From: Paraspadella gotoi
Taxonomy: Eukaryota > Animalia > Chaetognatha
Reading direction: 5' to 3'
DNA length: 9,861 nucleotides
Assembly (NCBI GenBank): GCA_051294375.1
Contig: JBJCIZ010001045.1
Location: forward strand, 1 to 9,861
Position numbers and translations under genes: made by a program. The notes below the pieces were generated by a model. That model did no database searches and was not told the DNA's origin. It saw nothing but the letters and a program-made list of their open reading frames with translations. Positions 1 to 9,159 of this stretch are shown one piece after another. Within the stretch, counting starts at the first letter, position 1, and every line of letters starts with the position of its first letter.

Positions 1-102
1 ACAAGCATGGTCTTGTTCCATAAGCTTGCTGACTTGTTTCTTCTGCCCTCGTCCACCAGGTAAGGGTGAAACGAGAGTCGCCGTTGTTGTTGTTGTTTCC
101 AT
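1..102 (-). CDS. Start of an ORF downstream of pol (METTTTTATLVSPLPGGRGQKKQVSKLMEQDHAC...), open to the window edge; env-like, gag-like or accessory, product unknown
   Basis: ATG at 102-100 lies in strong context (AAGATCATGG: A at -3, G at +4), with an in-frame TAA 8 codons upstream. There are 34 open codons to position 1, too few to identify. Confidence 0.4.
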   Translation of the reverse strand, partial: METTTTTATLVSPLPGGRGQKKQVSKLMEQDHAC

Positions 103-303
103 GATCTTGTTTCTCTTTGCGATTTATTTGAAATCTGTCTGACGATCTTTTATTTTTGATTTCAATTCGCGAGAAGAGGCAAGATCTCTGGAACGTTTCT
201 TCTTTTGCTCTGATGGCGAGTTCGTCTTTTCTGTCCCTTTTGACTCGCTGGTCGGTATCAACGACGTGGGCTGGATTTCCCGTTTTTTTGTTTTCTTGAT
301 ATG

Positions 304-341
304 ATTGGCGTTTGTAAAGTTTTTGGGAGCCTCCTGATTGG
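304..341 (-). promoter_or_regulatory. Pair of CCAAT boxes, candidate internal promoter
   Basis: Minus-strand GACCAATCAG (core 341-337) and CGCCAATCAT (core 308-304) are 33 bp apart in the same orientation, ~200 bp upstream of the ATG at 102. Confidence 0.4.
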
Positions 342-375
342 TCCGCGGTTCGCGTCGGAAGTTTATTGTTTTCTT

Positions 376-591
376 TTGCCTTGTTTTGCTTGAAAAAAGT
401 TTTAGCGTCGTTTCTTTTTTTTTTTCTTTGGGAAATGCTTCCGTTAGCTCTATGTTTCTTTAATCCTGTTAGTGAGGGGAAAATGAGATTATGGTGTTGT
501 TGGCTTGTTTGGCTTGGAAAAAAGTTATTGTTTTTCGTTTTAACGTCGTTTCTTTTTCTTTGGGAAATGGCTCCGTTGCTCTATGTTTCTT
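376..591. repeat. Two imperfect direct repeats (~85-92 bp) in the post-pol spacer
   Basis: Copy A is 376-460 and copy B is 500-591. Shared core: GTTTTA(G/A)CGTCGTTTC(T)nCTTTGGGAAATG..TCCGTT(A)GCTCTATGTTTCTT. Confidence 0.9.
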
Positions 592-593
592 CA

Positions 594-668
594 GATTACG
601 AGAGAGATTAGAGAAGATTTTTGGAGAAATTAGAGAAATTACGAGAAAGATCGGGGAGAGATTTTGGC
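594..668. repeat. Degenerate short purine-rich repeats (ATTA(C)GAGA / AGATTTT(T)GG units)
   Basis: gattacgagagagattagagaagatttttggagaaattagagaaattacgagaaagatcggggagagattttgg. Confidence 0.6.
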
Positions 669-724
669 GTCGATTTGTTGTTTCTTTTTACGTCTGCGTT
701 ACACTAGTTTTACTATGTTAATTT

Positions 725-1815
725 CTATCTATTCGATGGCATCGTTCTCGGGCGCTTGGTGAGTTTGAGACGACGTCTGTGATATTTAGATCGCTGGCCG
801 TTTATGCTTATTACAAAGTGATTCCGTCTTTTTGAAGACTTGGTGAGGGCCTGTATAGATGCGCTTGACTTTGTTTTCGGTTGGTGCTGCGCCCGTTGTG
901 ATGAGGTCCCTTTCTTTGCCAATACCAAGTCCCCTACTTTGATTCTTTTGGCTTCCTGTAAGGTTCCGTCTTGAGCTTTGCCTGTAGAGGTCAAGCCTCT
1001 GACTTGCCAGCTTTCTTTCAGCTTCCTCTCGCCTGTTTGCTCGGTTTCTGGACGTAACCAACGAGTGACCTTTGGGTGTAGTCGTCGGCACTTTTCGAGG
1101 ATCCTTGGCCTGTGTCCATACTGGATCTCATGGGGGACATATCTGTTTTCCAGCCGATGATAGGAGTGGCGTTTAACCAATAACATCATCTGGGGTAACA
1201 TTTCGGAGCCATTTGTCTGGTTGATCCTCGACTGCTTTGGCGCAAGGCCTGTCTTATTCTGCCAATATCTCTTTCGGCCTGTTGCTATTTTTGCGTCCAA
1301 CTAATATTTTTTTCGTGCCGATTGTATCAAGGAGGTTTAGAATAGATTTCATTGCGCCTCCGTTAAGTGTGTTGCTCCATCAAAATTTATTTTTCGAGAT
1401 ATGATCCATGGAGGAGAAAGATATTTTCATCAATGCCTTGACGAGGCTGTCGGCGTCAGCTTCGTTTCAGTGGGATTGCCCAGGTGTATGCGCAGAATGC
1501 ATTGTCTGAGCGATTAAGGCGTATTTGTAACCTGAATACGGTTGTAGATGCATTACGTCAATGCTTAATGATTCCCAACGGAGCCGATGGCCGAGGTTGG
1601 CGCTGACAAGGTCTCGTTGTTCTTTTGTTGATCTGTGGCTTTTGCGCAATTATCGCAATTTCGCACAACTTTCGCGGCTGCTGATGTTAATCCTGGTGTG
1701 GAGATGTATTGGGCTGTGATAAAAGCTGTGCGATCTCGCCCTGGGTGTCAAATTGTATATGTATCTTATGAGTGATTGCTCAGCCTTTCGGGTGGGACGA
1801 CGTACTTGTAGGTTT
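725..1815 (-). pseudogene. pol: Frameshifted Gypsy-type integrase (zinc finger, DDE core, GPY/F-like C-terminus)
   Basis: YVVPP..SLIRYIYNL/HPGRDRT (1747-1739)...VVRNCDNCAK (CxxC 1657-1646); RWESLSIDVM (D 1559-1557); YKYALIA; YTWAIPL; INFDGATH (D 1381-1379); AERDIG (E 1275-1273, ~35 codons after the second D); PHEIQYG; IKVGDLVL; IYTGPHQV (~851-843); stop TAG 727-725. Confidence 0.93.
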
Positions 1816-2986
1816 TGGCGTGTCCCTTTGTAGCCTCTTGTGGGTGAGGGATATTGTCCGTGGTGACCTCAAGGTCGTCTAGCAAATTTGTGAGATACCT
1901 CTCCCGCCGCTATTTTTGCCTTTTTGTCATCTTTTTTCAAGCACCAAAGGGTTCCCTTTGCTTTCTCTTTGCCGTTGTTTTTGAGCAACAAAATAACCTC
2001 CTTGAAAATCAAGGTTTTGTTTTGCCAAATCTCTGATTTCTCTGGCTAGTGGGACGGAGGGAAAAGTTCTGTGGTTGTGGGTTTCTTAATTCTTCTTCGA
2101 CCTCCCTCCTTGTGATGATCAATGCTTGTCTCGAGGGTGTATCAACTGAGACTTCTTCCTTTGTGCCTGGCCAGTTGATGGGGATCCTGTCGACTATGCT
2201 GCTGTCATGATTAGTTGGCCTGGCTTGTTGGTTTCGTTCCTGTTTTGGCCTCGAGGTTTATGTTTATCAAGTCGGCCGGGGTTTCGCTGAAAGGTCTGGT
2301 TTGCTTGATGTGATTGCTTTTCGCTGAGGTTGAGGATTTATATGTAATAAATCAGGTGGGGCTTCACTGGTATGTCTTGGTGCCAATTTGTTGATTTCTT
2401 GGCCTTCCCCTGTTTGGTTGGTTGTCGTAAGCTTTTGACAGATACAATCTTTAAGTCTACCGGTTTTATTGGTCGTAGCTGTTGGGCTAGGTTAGAAGTC
2501 TCCAACTAGGCTAACCTGCCGTGATGGTTCTGAATATCTTTATTCTGTCTGGCCGAGAAGCTTGATAAGATCTCTCGTATTTGCAACCAGTTTGGCTGAT
2601 GTTGTCCTCATCCATGACAATTATGTTGATGCGGTCATTTCGGCCAACATCTCTAGTTCGGGATGTCCGAGTGTCCAATCTTTCGCGGATATTGTTCCTG
2701 ATGAAAGTGTCTGAATCTTTCGTTTTGTTTTCCCATACAGTTTTTCCATATTTTTCTTTTCTGTTGGCAAAATTTTGTCTTACAAACTCGAAAAATCTTT
2801 GTTCGAAAAGGTTTTTGTTTCTTGTTGTAAGAGCTGAGCCATTAGGGTGAGAGTTGGAGCATGTCCGGTGATGAGGTCGAGGTGGCTTGGTGCCTCTCTC
2901 GTCTCCTGCCGGTTCTCAGCATAACCAGGCTCGTAACTTCCATCAAAGGGGGTGTCAAGGGGGTAATCTGTCCTTGTTCCGGTAAA
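1816..2986 (-). pseudogene. Long (~390 codon) frameshifted pol segment between RNase H and integrase; domain unidentified
   Basis: Continues in frame from ADFLTR (FTGTRTDYPLDTPFDG...). Contains long open stretches such as NKNLFEQRFFEFVRQNF...RINIIVMDEDNISQTG and has the same strand bias as the rest of pol. Confidence 0.6.
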
Positions 2987-3475
2987 GCGGGTGAGGAAGT
3001 CAGCGGGGTTGTCCTCGCTTTTGACCAGGAATGACTTCTTTAGGTTGACATCTTGCTTTATTTCTGTGATCCAGCGAAGAACATTTGTTGGGGGAGGAGC
3101 TGCTGCTTGTCGTGTTGAAGATCCATACTCTTTTAAAGTATTGGGAGTCTGTTACTACGTGACTCTCCTGCCGCACGTATATCCTTTATACTTCCTTACC
3201 ATCATATTGAAAGCAAGAGTTTTCGAGTTGTTGATATGAATTGGTACAACAATATAAAAATTATCCAAATCAATTAATAAATAAGCTATCTTCCCCTCGC
3301 TTTGGGACAGGCTTTGGTGGTTTATCGGTGCACTTTGGACAGGCTTTGGTGGTTTATGCGGTACTCTTCTGGGAAAGATTTGAGTGAAAAGATAATGGGT
3401 ACTCCACCCATCTGCTGTGGCTGTGATGAGGCCTCCCATGGCCGTTGTGCTTCGCGTCGGCATAGATTTTGTAAG
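2987..3475 (-). pseudogene. pol: Frameshifted retrotransposon RNase H, split by a 112-bp insertion
   Basis: YKIYADA/STTAMGGLITA (D 3458-3456), EYPLSFHS, LE/TLAFNMMVRKYKGYTCGRRVT/VTDSQY, VLRWITEI and VKSEDNPADFLTR match the Gypsy RNase H pattern DAS...ELLA...TDH...N..ADALSR. Confidence 0.92.
3243..3364. other. 112-bp insertion (3248-3359) flanked by GGTAC direct repeats, containing two copies of a ~26-bp repeat
   Basis: GGTAC at 3243-3247 and 3360-3364; CTTTGG(G)ACAGGCTTTGGTGGTTTAT at 3300-3325 and 3333-3357. Removing the insert and one GGTAC restores a continuous RNase H frame EYPLSFHSNLSQKSTNSYQQLE. Confidence 0.85.
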
Positions 3476-3766
3476 CGGCCTTGTCTATCCTCTGGTCATT
3501 GAGAAAGTTGAGCCGGGAGAAGTTTTGATTTCCTCTACTCAGAGAGTAAGCATCTCCGATGTTTCTTCGGTGAATTTGAAATTCTTTTCGATCATGAGCG
3601 TGAGGGCATGAAGTGGCTGCGCTATGTACGAGAATCTGTGTGTAAAAGCATCTGTATAATTTAGCGAAGCAAGCATGGCCCTCAGGTCCTTTTGAGTTTG
3701 TAGATCCTTGAGTTTTATCTCTGCAGCTTCGAGCTTATTCCCTTTGGGGAAGGAGCTTGCTATTGG
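3476..3766 (-). pseudogene. pol: Reverse transcriptase thumb/connection region (catalytic palm absent)
   Basis: FPKGNKLEAAEIKLKDLQTQKDLRAMLASLNYTDAFTHRFSYIAQPLHALTLMIEKNFKFTEE...VEEIKTSPG matches the Gypsy pattern T.K.LR.FLG..NY...FI..FS.IA.PL..LT.K...F.WTEE. Confidence 0.92.
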
Positions 3767-3772
3767 AAAAAA

Positions 3773-5833
3773 TGCTAAATCAGGATCCTTGATATCGCTC
3801 TTTCGTAGGAACGCTTTTAGTCCTACTTAAGTACGCGTTTTCATAAACCCTACATCTTTTTGTAGTAAATTCCTGAAGCCTTTCGGCCCATATCTCTGCC
3901 GATTTTGGCTTGTGAGGAATGAGATCGTCAAACGTAGACAAGGAAACTTTTGAAACGTCTGTTCCGAGATCTTTGAAGATTCGTCGAGAATAGAACTTGT
4001 AAGACATTGTCGCTCATTTACTCCGCCGCATGGGTAGTTATTCATGTACCACCAATTATGGCGGCGGCGGCAAAGGTAGTGACTCCTTATAACTTTCGGT
4101 GAGATTCACCTGGTGGAAACAAAGATAGGATGTCGAGGGAACATTGTAGTTCAATGAGGGCTTGTATTGCTCGTGGATTGATGCAATAGTTTTGAGGTTC
4201 GGTGCGCATAGGTAGAAATATTGTTGTTGAACTGCTGATAAACCTCGCAGCTCAATCTCCATTGTTTTGCAAAAGGTTTCATCGACATTTCATCATCGTC
4301 CTCTCGGCCACCACCACCTGTCCTGCTTCTTCACTTACGCAATATGTGCATTGACATCTATCCGCTACCGTTCCTTTCGTCTCCGACACTCATAATTCCT
4401 GCATTTTCATAACTTCAACAAAGTCCACTTTTTAGAGCATGCTCTTGTTTTGAGCAGGTCCATAATGCGTTAACCGCACGACGGAGGTGTTAGGTAAGAT
4501 CCTTCTTCGGTAAGCCAAAGATCACACCTGAGTTAACTTATAGAACGCAATTCTTTGCAATCGTTGATAGAAATCGCACAAAACACGTAATCTAAATAAC
4601 CATTACACCACACCGATAGTCGCGCATACATAGGGCGGCCTTTATGGGCCGAGTATGAGGCAATCCACACGGCTCCTATAGAACACAGGTGTTTGAGAAA
4701 TGCTCCTTAATAGCTTCTCGCATCGTGTTTGTTCTGTTCGAGCATATCGAATAACCGTAGAGCGCTGTAATACCTCAGGCATATCGCAGAACGTCTTTTC
4801 AGCTTGGTGCTCATTGACAACGATCTCTATGCAATGGTAGATGTTATCTATGTCCTCAGATATTTATTCTCGAAAGCAAGCCTGGGCTCTCTTTTCGCAA
4901 CGATAAGTCTGCTGTTACTGGATTCAACGCCTTACTTCTATTGCAGATATATAGGACCTACTACATCAGCACTTTAGCTCTGACGAGCACCTTCACAACA
5001 AAAGAAAAGCTGATCTCTCCCATCGATCCTAGGATTGGTACAGTCTACTCGCATACCTTTCTCTGAGCGCTCTCACTCGCCCATCACGCCGGACACTCGG
5101 ATCTCTGTTGTAGCAACAAGTATGATTGGCATATATCGATCTAAGATCCGGACTCAAGCGTCTCTTTCCCAAGCTGAGAGCTATAAGATCTGCTCGCTAC
5201 CGTACCGGATCCTACAGAACGCGAGTTTATAGATTATACACCTCAACTCTTCTACATTTTGTCACCGCTCGAACAAAAAACAATTGCTGTATCGCAGACC
5301 GGCTCCTCAGTCACAGCTCGCGGCGTATGGCACCCCGAGCGCACAACATCGCGGTCCTTTACAGAACGATATGCATGCTCTTCTGTGAAAGTTAAATGTG
5401 TCGACATAAGGTCTCCGTGCCGATCATTAGTGCCGACAGCAAATGTATCAGAAGCACTCCTTTTCTCCTCTCGCGGATGTTGGATGGCGTGCACTACCCA
5501 CATCTCTTTGTGTGTGGGCGCCATGCTCAAGATGAGCGCGCCTCGTGACCGCATGATTGATATCCTAGTCCGTTGCTCTACACCGTCGGGCTAAAGCATA
5601 TATCACACACATGATATCCTCACAGTATCCCACTGCTTGCACAGCACACAGTGGATACCTTGAGTGGTATAATCATTCGTGCGATATTAACATCAGGATC
5701 ATGTTCCCAAGCGGGGTAATTGGTGTGGTTGCCGGGTACTGAGGACAACATTCTGTATTATATAGCCGAGAAACGACCAGGTGATCATCTCGCACGCCGC
5801 ACGCGTCACACCTGCACACAGAGAAATGGTGAT
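3773..5833 (-). pseudogene. ~2.06 kb foreign decayed coding segment occupying the position of the protease C-terminus and RT palm; origin unknown; boundaries approximate
   Basis: No colinear RT motifs were found and the strand skew of pol is lost. It contains successive protein-like minus-strand fragments (ORFs 5252-5554, 4056-4262, 3780-4007; SEDIDNIYHCIEIVVNEH; IGAVWIASYSAHKGRPMYARLSVWCNGYLDYVFCA). It is bracketed by A-runs at 3767-3772 and 5834-5841. Confidence 0.65.
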
Positions 5834-5841
5834 AAAAAAAA

Positions 5842-6015
5842 GTATGGAGGTCGAGAGCCTTCAGAGGCTTGCCATGGTAAATTTCTCTGGCAAGGCCCAT
5901 TTTTCAATAAATCTCCGAAGAAATTGTGTCTTTTATCGAGGCTCCTGTTGTTGTGTCATAAGACAGCTTGCTGGTGCTCCCGCTATGACTGCTGGCGGTA
6001 TGTAGCTTGTTTTTA
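5842..6015 (-). pseudogene. pol: Retropepsin (aspartic protease) N-terminal half, disrupted
   Basis: KTSYIPPAVIAGAPASCL/YDTTTGASIKDTISSEIY*KMGLAREIYHGKPLKALD. This is a DTGAS-like active site (GAC at 5957-5955) with an extra ACAACA, in a typical I.G....L.DTGAS...IS.....K.GL context. Confidence 0.75.
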
Positions 6016-6560
6016 CCGGTTGTTAGGAAGTTTTCCCGTTGTCGTCACTCGGGAGCATGGCCTCCGTTGAAAGAAATTGTTTCTTAGTTTTATCTCAGTG
6101 TAGCGGAGCGATGGGATTTCCTTTTCATCTTTTTGTGGTTTTACGGCCCAGATGGAGATGGCTGTAGGTTACCCTTCTGGGATTACGGTGTATTTTAGCT
6201 CTATTTCTGCGTTATAGGTAGCACTGTGAAGAGATTCTCCGTTGTGTTCGCCGGCCACTATGCTGTAGGTGGCCGTTTGTCGGTTTCCCCCAGTAGGGTT
6301 AGTTTTTCTTGAGGCCAAATCGCTCTTTTCTTCCCTTCATTGGGTTTACCCGGTTTTGTTTGTTTGAGGAGGCTGGCGAGGGTGCGAGAGGCAGGAGAAA
6401 ACGAGGGGGGCAGGTGTTCTCTGTTTGTTTCTCCTCCGACGACTGGATCGTCTAGCCAGCCTTGCACAAGCACTTTGGACCTGTTGATCTTGGCCTTTTT
6501 CGGCTTGTCGCTTGCGCTTTGTCCATTCTTTCCATCCCATCTGGTGCAACGAGTTTAATT
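6016..6560 (-). pseudogene. Frameshifted coding region preceding the protease (pol N-terminal extension or very divergent short gag)
   Basis: ORF 6258-6473 is followed by QTATYSIVAGEHNGESLHSATYNAEIELKYTVIPEG*PTAISIWAVKP. It has the same A-rich strand bias as pol, and no CCHC knuckle was seen. Confidence 0.45.
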
Positions 6561-6789
6561 TACTAGAAATCAGTTCGTTTTTTGTTTAAAGGTTTTTCAG
6601 AGGTCGGAGCTTAGATTTTCCTTTGAAAACCATTTGCAACATTCTGCTTAGATTTCTTTAATTCCTTTTCGCCCTTTCTTTATCATTGACCTCTGTCTTC
6701 TATGTGTGGGTTCTACCTTTTTCCGAAGCTTTGTGATATGTTTGTTTAGCTGATTACGGCTTTGGCTTCTTGCTTTTGTTTTTTGTTTA

Positions 6790-6911
6790 TCAATTTCACG
6801 CCAAGAGAATAATGAAAATTGTTTTTAATTAAGAACACAACATTTCATTCGATCGGCAGATCAATCATTTTCTAAGTCTTCGTTTAAGCAAACAATATCC
6901 CTCCTTTTCCC
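6790..6911 (-). other. Candidate PPT - very short LTR - PBS-like junction
   Basis: On the minus strand, GGGAAAAGGAGGGA (6911-6898) is followed by TAT and then TGTTT (6894). ATTAAA occurs at ~6829-6824, with possible ends AAACA (6820) or TTCA (6813), then TGGCGTGAAATTG (6803-6791). There is no second LTR copy in the window, and the PBS resembles a tRNA 3' complement only over TGGCG(T). Confidence 0.4.
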
Positions 6912-8250
6912 AAACTCTTTTGAGAAAACGTTTTCCCTTCTCTGTTCGCTTCGTCGCGCCAGTTTAACGATCCTCCCTTTTTTAACGTTCTTTCCAGGCC
7001 ATCTCTTTCCAGTCCTCCTCTTTGGCTGAAGTTCTTATCGGAAGCGGTTTTCCGTCTTTCTGTCGCGTTCGTCCGTCACGGCGATCGTCGCGTGCGTTCG
7101 TCACCCCGCGGATCGTCTCGGCGTGTCGTCGCGGCGGCGTCATCACGGCGTCGTTTCGAATCGCTTGGTCCTCTCGTGCCGGCGATTCTGCTTTCCTAAC
7201 TGCTTTTTTCTCAATCTCCTGAATGGTCTCGCTGATCCTGATCCGTGAGTCCTCTGGTGACAGGGCAATTTACGCAGTTTTTCTTTATCTCGTCTGGAGA
7301 CAGTGTTGACGACTTTCTTATCCTTTCGCCTATTTGACCGCTGGTTTAGGTAACCTTATTGTGAGGGTACTGCGATTTCCCTGCCCAAAAGCTCCAGGTA
7401 TTGTTGTCGTTCGAGAAAGTAAGTCCATTCAAGAGTTTCGTTCTCTTGTAACTTGCCTTGCATGTATTGCGTTTCAAGGCTTTTGACGAGGAGCTGTGCC
7501 TGCCGTTAGTCTGGGATGGACGGTTTGTCTTTTTCTCGGACATTTTCACTATTTTTCTAGAGCTTCTTCACTAACGGCAACTCCGTATATCGAGTGGACG
7601 GCTGCGGTCAACGGACAAGGTGGCTTAATTTGTCGGCCTCGGGCGATCGAGAGTTGATGACGATTTCAAAAGGAATTGCCGCGTTAATCCCAGCCATCGA
7701 CTGCGTTTGAGGTTCTTCAATCGTGAACCTCGCGGCCTCTTTTGTCTTGAATGCTAGAGATTGGCGCCGAAGTTGTTCGTCTATCTTGTTAGGCAGGACG
7801 CAGTTGCAGTCCTTATAAGAGACTTTATACTATTACACCTTCTAGGCCATTTCGATAAAGATTCGCGGGCACTCGAAATCGAAAAAACTTATCTCTTTAT
7901 CAATATTGCCTGAAAGAATGCTGACGATTATCACTCTGTGAAAACTGAACAGCTTGCGTTTTGTTTCAGTGGAAACTGATTCAGTTAACTGTGTTCTTAT
8001 CTTTTTTTTGTTTAGCCGATTGTGGCTGACCTGAGGCCGATCGTAGTTTTGGTTTACAGTTGACGGAGACTGGGAAAGGAGTAGTCTCGCAATATAAAAC
8101 ACATGATGATATTAATGAGCCGTAGATCGTCACAGGGGAATTTGTGGCGCTGATAATTGATCGAAGTTGTTCAGCTATGAAGAGTAGAATTTAGATTGAT
8201 ATCAAATAAGTCTCATTATCTATTAGAAAAGCAGTTGTGGATTTGAAGTT
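6865..8250 (-). pseudogene. Decayed ORF of unknown product (helical/charged, Arg-rich C-terminus); probably retroelement-associated (gag or post-pol ORF); upstream boundary approximate
   Basis: Fragments joined across frameshifts: ORF 7842-8102; YKVSYKDCNCVLPNKIDEQLRRQ...; PPCPLTAAVHSIYGVAVSEEALEK; QAQLLVKSLETQYMQGKLQENETLEWTYFLERQQYLELLG; RISETIQEIEKKAVRK...RDDRRDGRTRQKDG. Confidence 0.5.
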
Positions 8251-8647
8251 GAAATCTTGGATCTTTTGTCAACTTCGATTCAGATTCAGATCTTGAGACT
8301 AGCTCGGAAAAATAAACTTTTGTTCCGCGATCGAGGCTAAACAATAGTTGTCTAGTTGTTTTTACTTTTTTGTTTGACCGATTATCTGACGACCTATTCG
8401 TCTGTGGATCTAAAAAATAAATTTATATTCATTTTTTACAATTTATTTACTTTACATTTTTTACAACAATGTATCCCTTTTCTCTTTAATTTCATTTCAT
8501 CAGGGAATTATCCATTTGTGAAACGGTGTGAAAAATCCTTTCTTCTGACAATAGTAGAAGAAATAAAAAAAAAGAAGGGTAAATTTTTTGATATTTAATT
8601 ATAAAAAAAATACAGTGTTATAACAATAAAAAACTAACTAACCCTAT

Positions 8648-8972
8648 CTAAAAAAATTTACAAAAATATTTACATGTATTTACTATACAACTCTGTCCAA
8701 AAACAGTTTCTTCTTCCTCTTCTCCTCCAACATCTCCTTCCCTCTCACTCTCCTCGCCCCCTCTCACCTCCCTCACCCACTCTCCCAACCTTATTCCCGT
8801 CCCTCTTCTTTTTTCTCCCTCTCCCTCTACCACAAAAACGTCTTGATTTCTTCGTCGCCGCCATCGCCGCACGCGATCCACAAGGTGTTGTAGTTGACGC
8901 CTAAACATGACGCCGACGACTACGATGACGCCAAGCGCCCCCACCACACTTGCGATCGCTATTATGTAGACG
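8648..8972 (-). CDS. Last visible exon of mucin-like single-pass membrane protein (TM helix plus cytoplasmic tail)
   Basis: Acceptor TTTTTTCTACAG ends at 8973. Encodes (I)VYIIAIASVVGALGVIVVVGVMF followed by basic RRQ...RRWRRRR and acidic EEEEETVF, with TAG at 8650-8648. A further intron near the end cannot be excluded. Confidence 0.85.
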
Positions 8973-9066
8973 CTGTAGAAAAAAATATTCAAGATTTTTT
9001 ATATAAAATCATTATCCTAGTTTCAATTTCTTTTTTGGACTTTAAAATATCGATTTTTTTACTCAC
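8973..9066 (-). other. 94-bp spliceosomal intron, phase 2
   Basis: GTGAGT donor at 9066, AT-rich body, and TTTTTTCTACAG acceptor; splicing joins AT|C in frame. Confidence 0.88.
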
Positions 9067-9159
9067 ATCAAACTGCTCTGCCAAAAGGATCTTCGATCCT
9101 TTGTCTCCATGGTCGTCCTGATCATCGTCGTCACCGTCGTCATTTTTGAAATTTCGAAT
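9067..9159 (-). CDS. 93-bp internal exon of mucin-like membrane protein (not in the ORF track)
   Basis: Symmetric phase 2-2 exon encoding (K)FEISKMTTVTTMIRTTMETKDRRSFWQSSL(I), with canonical splice sites on both sides. Confidence 0.88.

Larger units (their letters stand above)
1..6911 (-). mobile_element. Degenerate Ty3/Gypsy-type LTR retrotransposon (pol order PR-RT-RNaseH-IN), interrupted; continues past the left window edge; right boundary uncertain
   Basis: Minus-strand translation across frameshifts gives protease (~5950), RT thumb (~3560-3760), RNase H (~2990-3470) and integrase (~725-1810) motifs in Gypsy order, with IN after RH and a GPY/F-like motif. The minus strand is consistently A-rich over these parts. 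Confidence 0.93.

Noticed and set aside
366-721. Hydrophobic plus-strand ORFs 366..611 and 491..721
   Set aside because: By-products of T-rich duplicated spacer sequence, with no independent coding signal.
3300-3357. Direct repeats as a mini CRISPR array
   Set aside because: Only two copies 7 bp apart, with no spacer-length unique sequence, no cas genes and a eukaryotic context.
3244-3360. 112-bp insertion as an intron
   Set aside because: GT is available within the duplication, but there is no AG acceptor at the matching end on either strand.
3155-3463. 102-aa ORF reading through the RNase H insertion
   Set aside because: Chimeric product of frameshifts; in the reconstructed RNase H frame the insert introduces a stop at once (ACC GCA TAA).
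4433-4444. 12-bp palindrome AGAGCATGCTCT (similarly GAAAACGTTTTC at ~6924-6935)
   Set aside because: A few such short palindromes are expected by chance in 10 kb, and there is no supporting context.
4587-5773. RT-like words YLDY (4598-4587) and FLGYII (5773-5756) inside the foreign segment
   Set aside because: They are in the wrong order for RT, lack the second Asp and PFGL context, and are far too distant from the thumb at ~3760.
8356-9121. Plus-strand ORFs 8356..8598, 8674..8904 and 8894..9121
   Set aside because: AT-rich non-coding sequence or antisense shadows of the spliced minus-strand gene.
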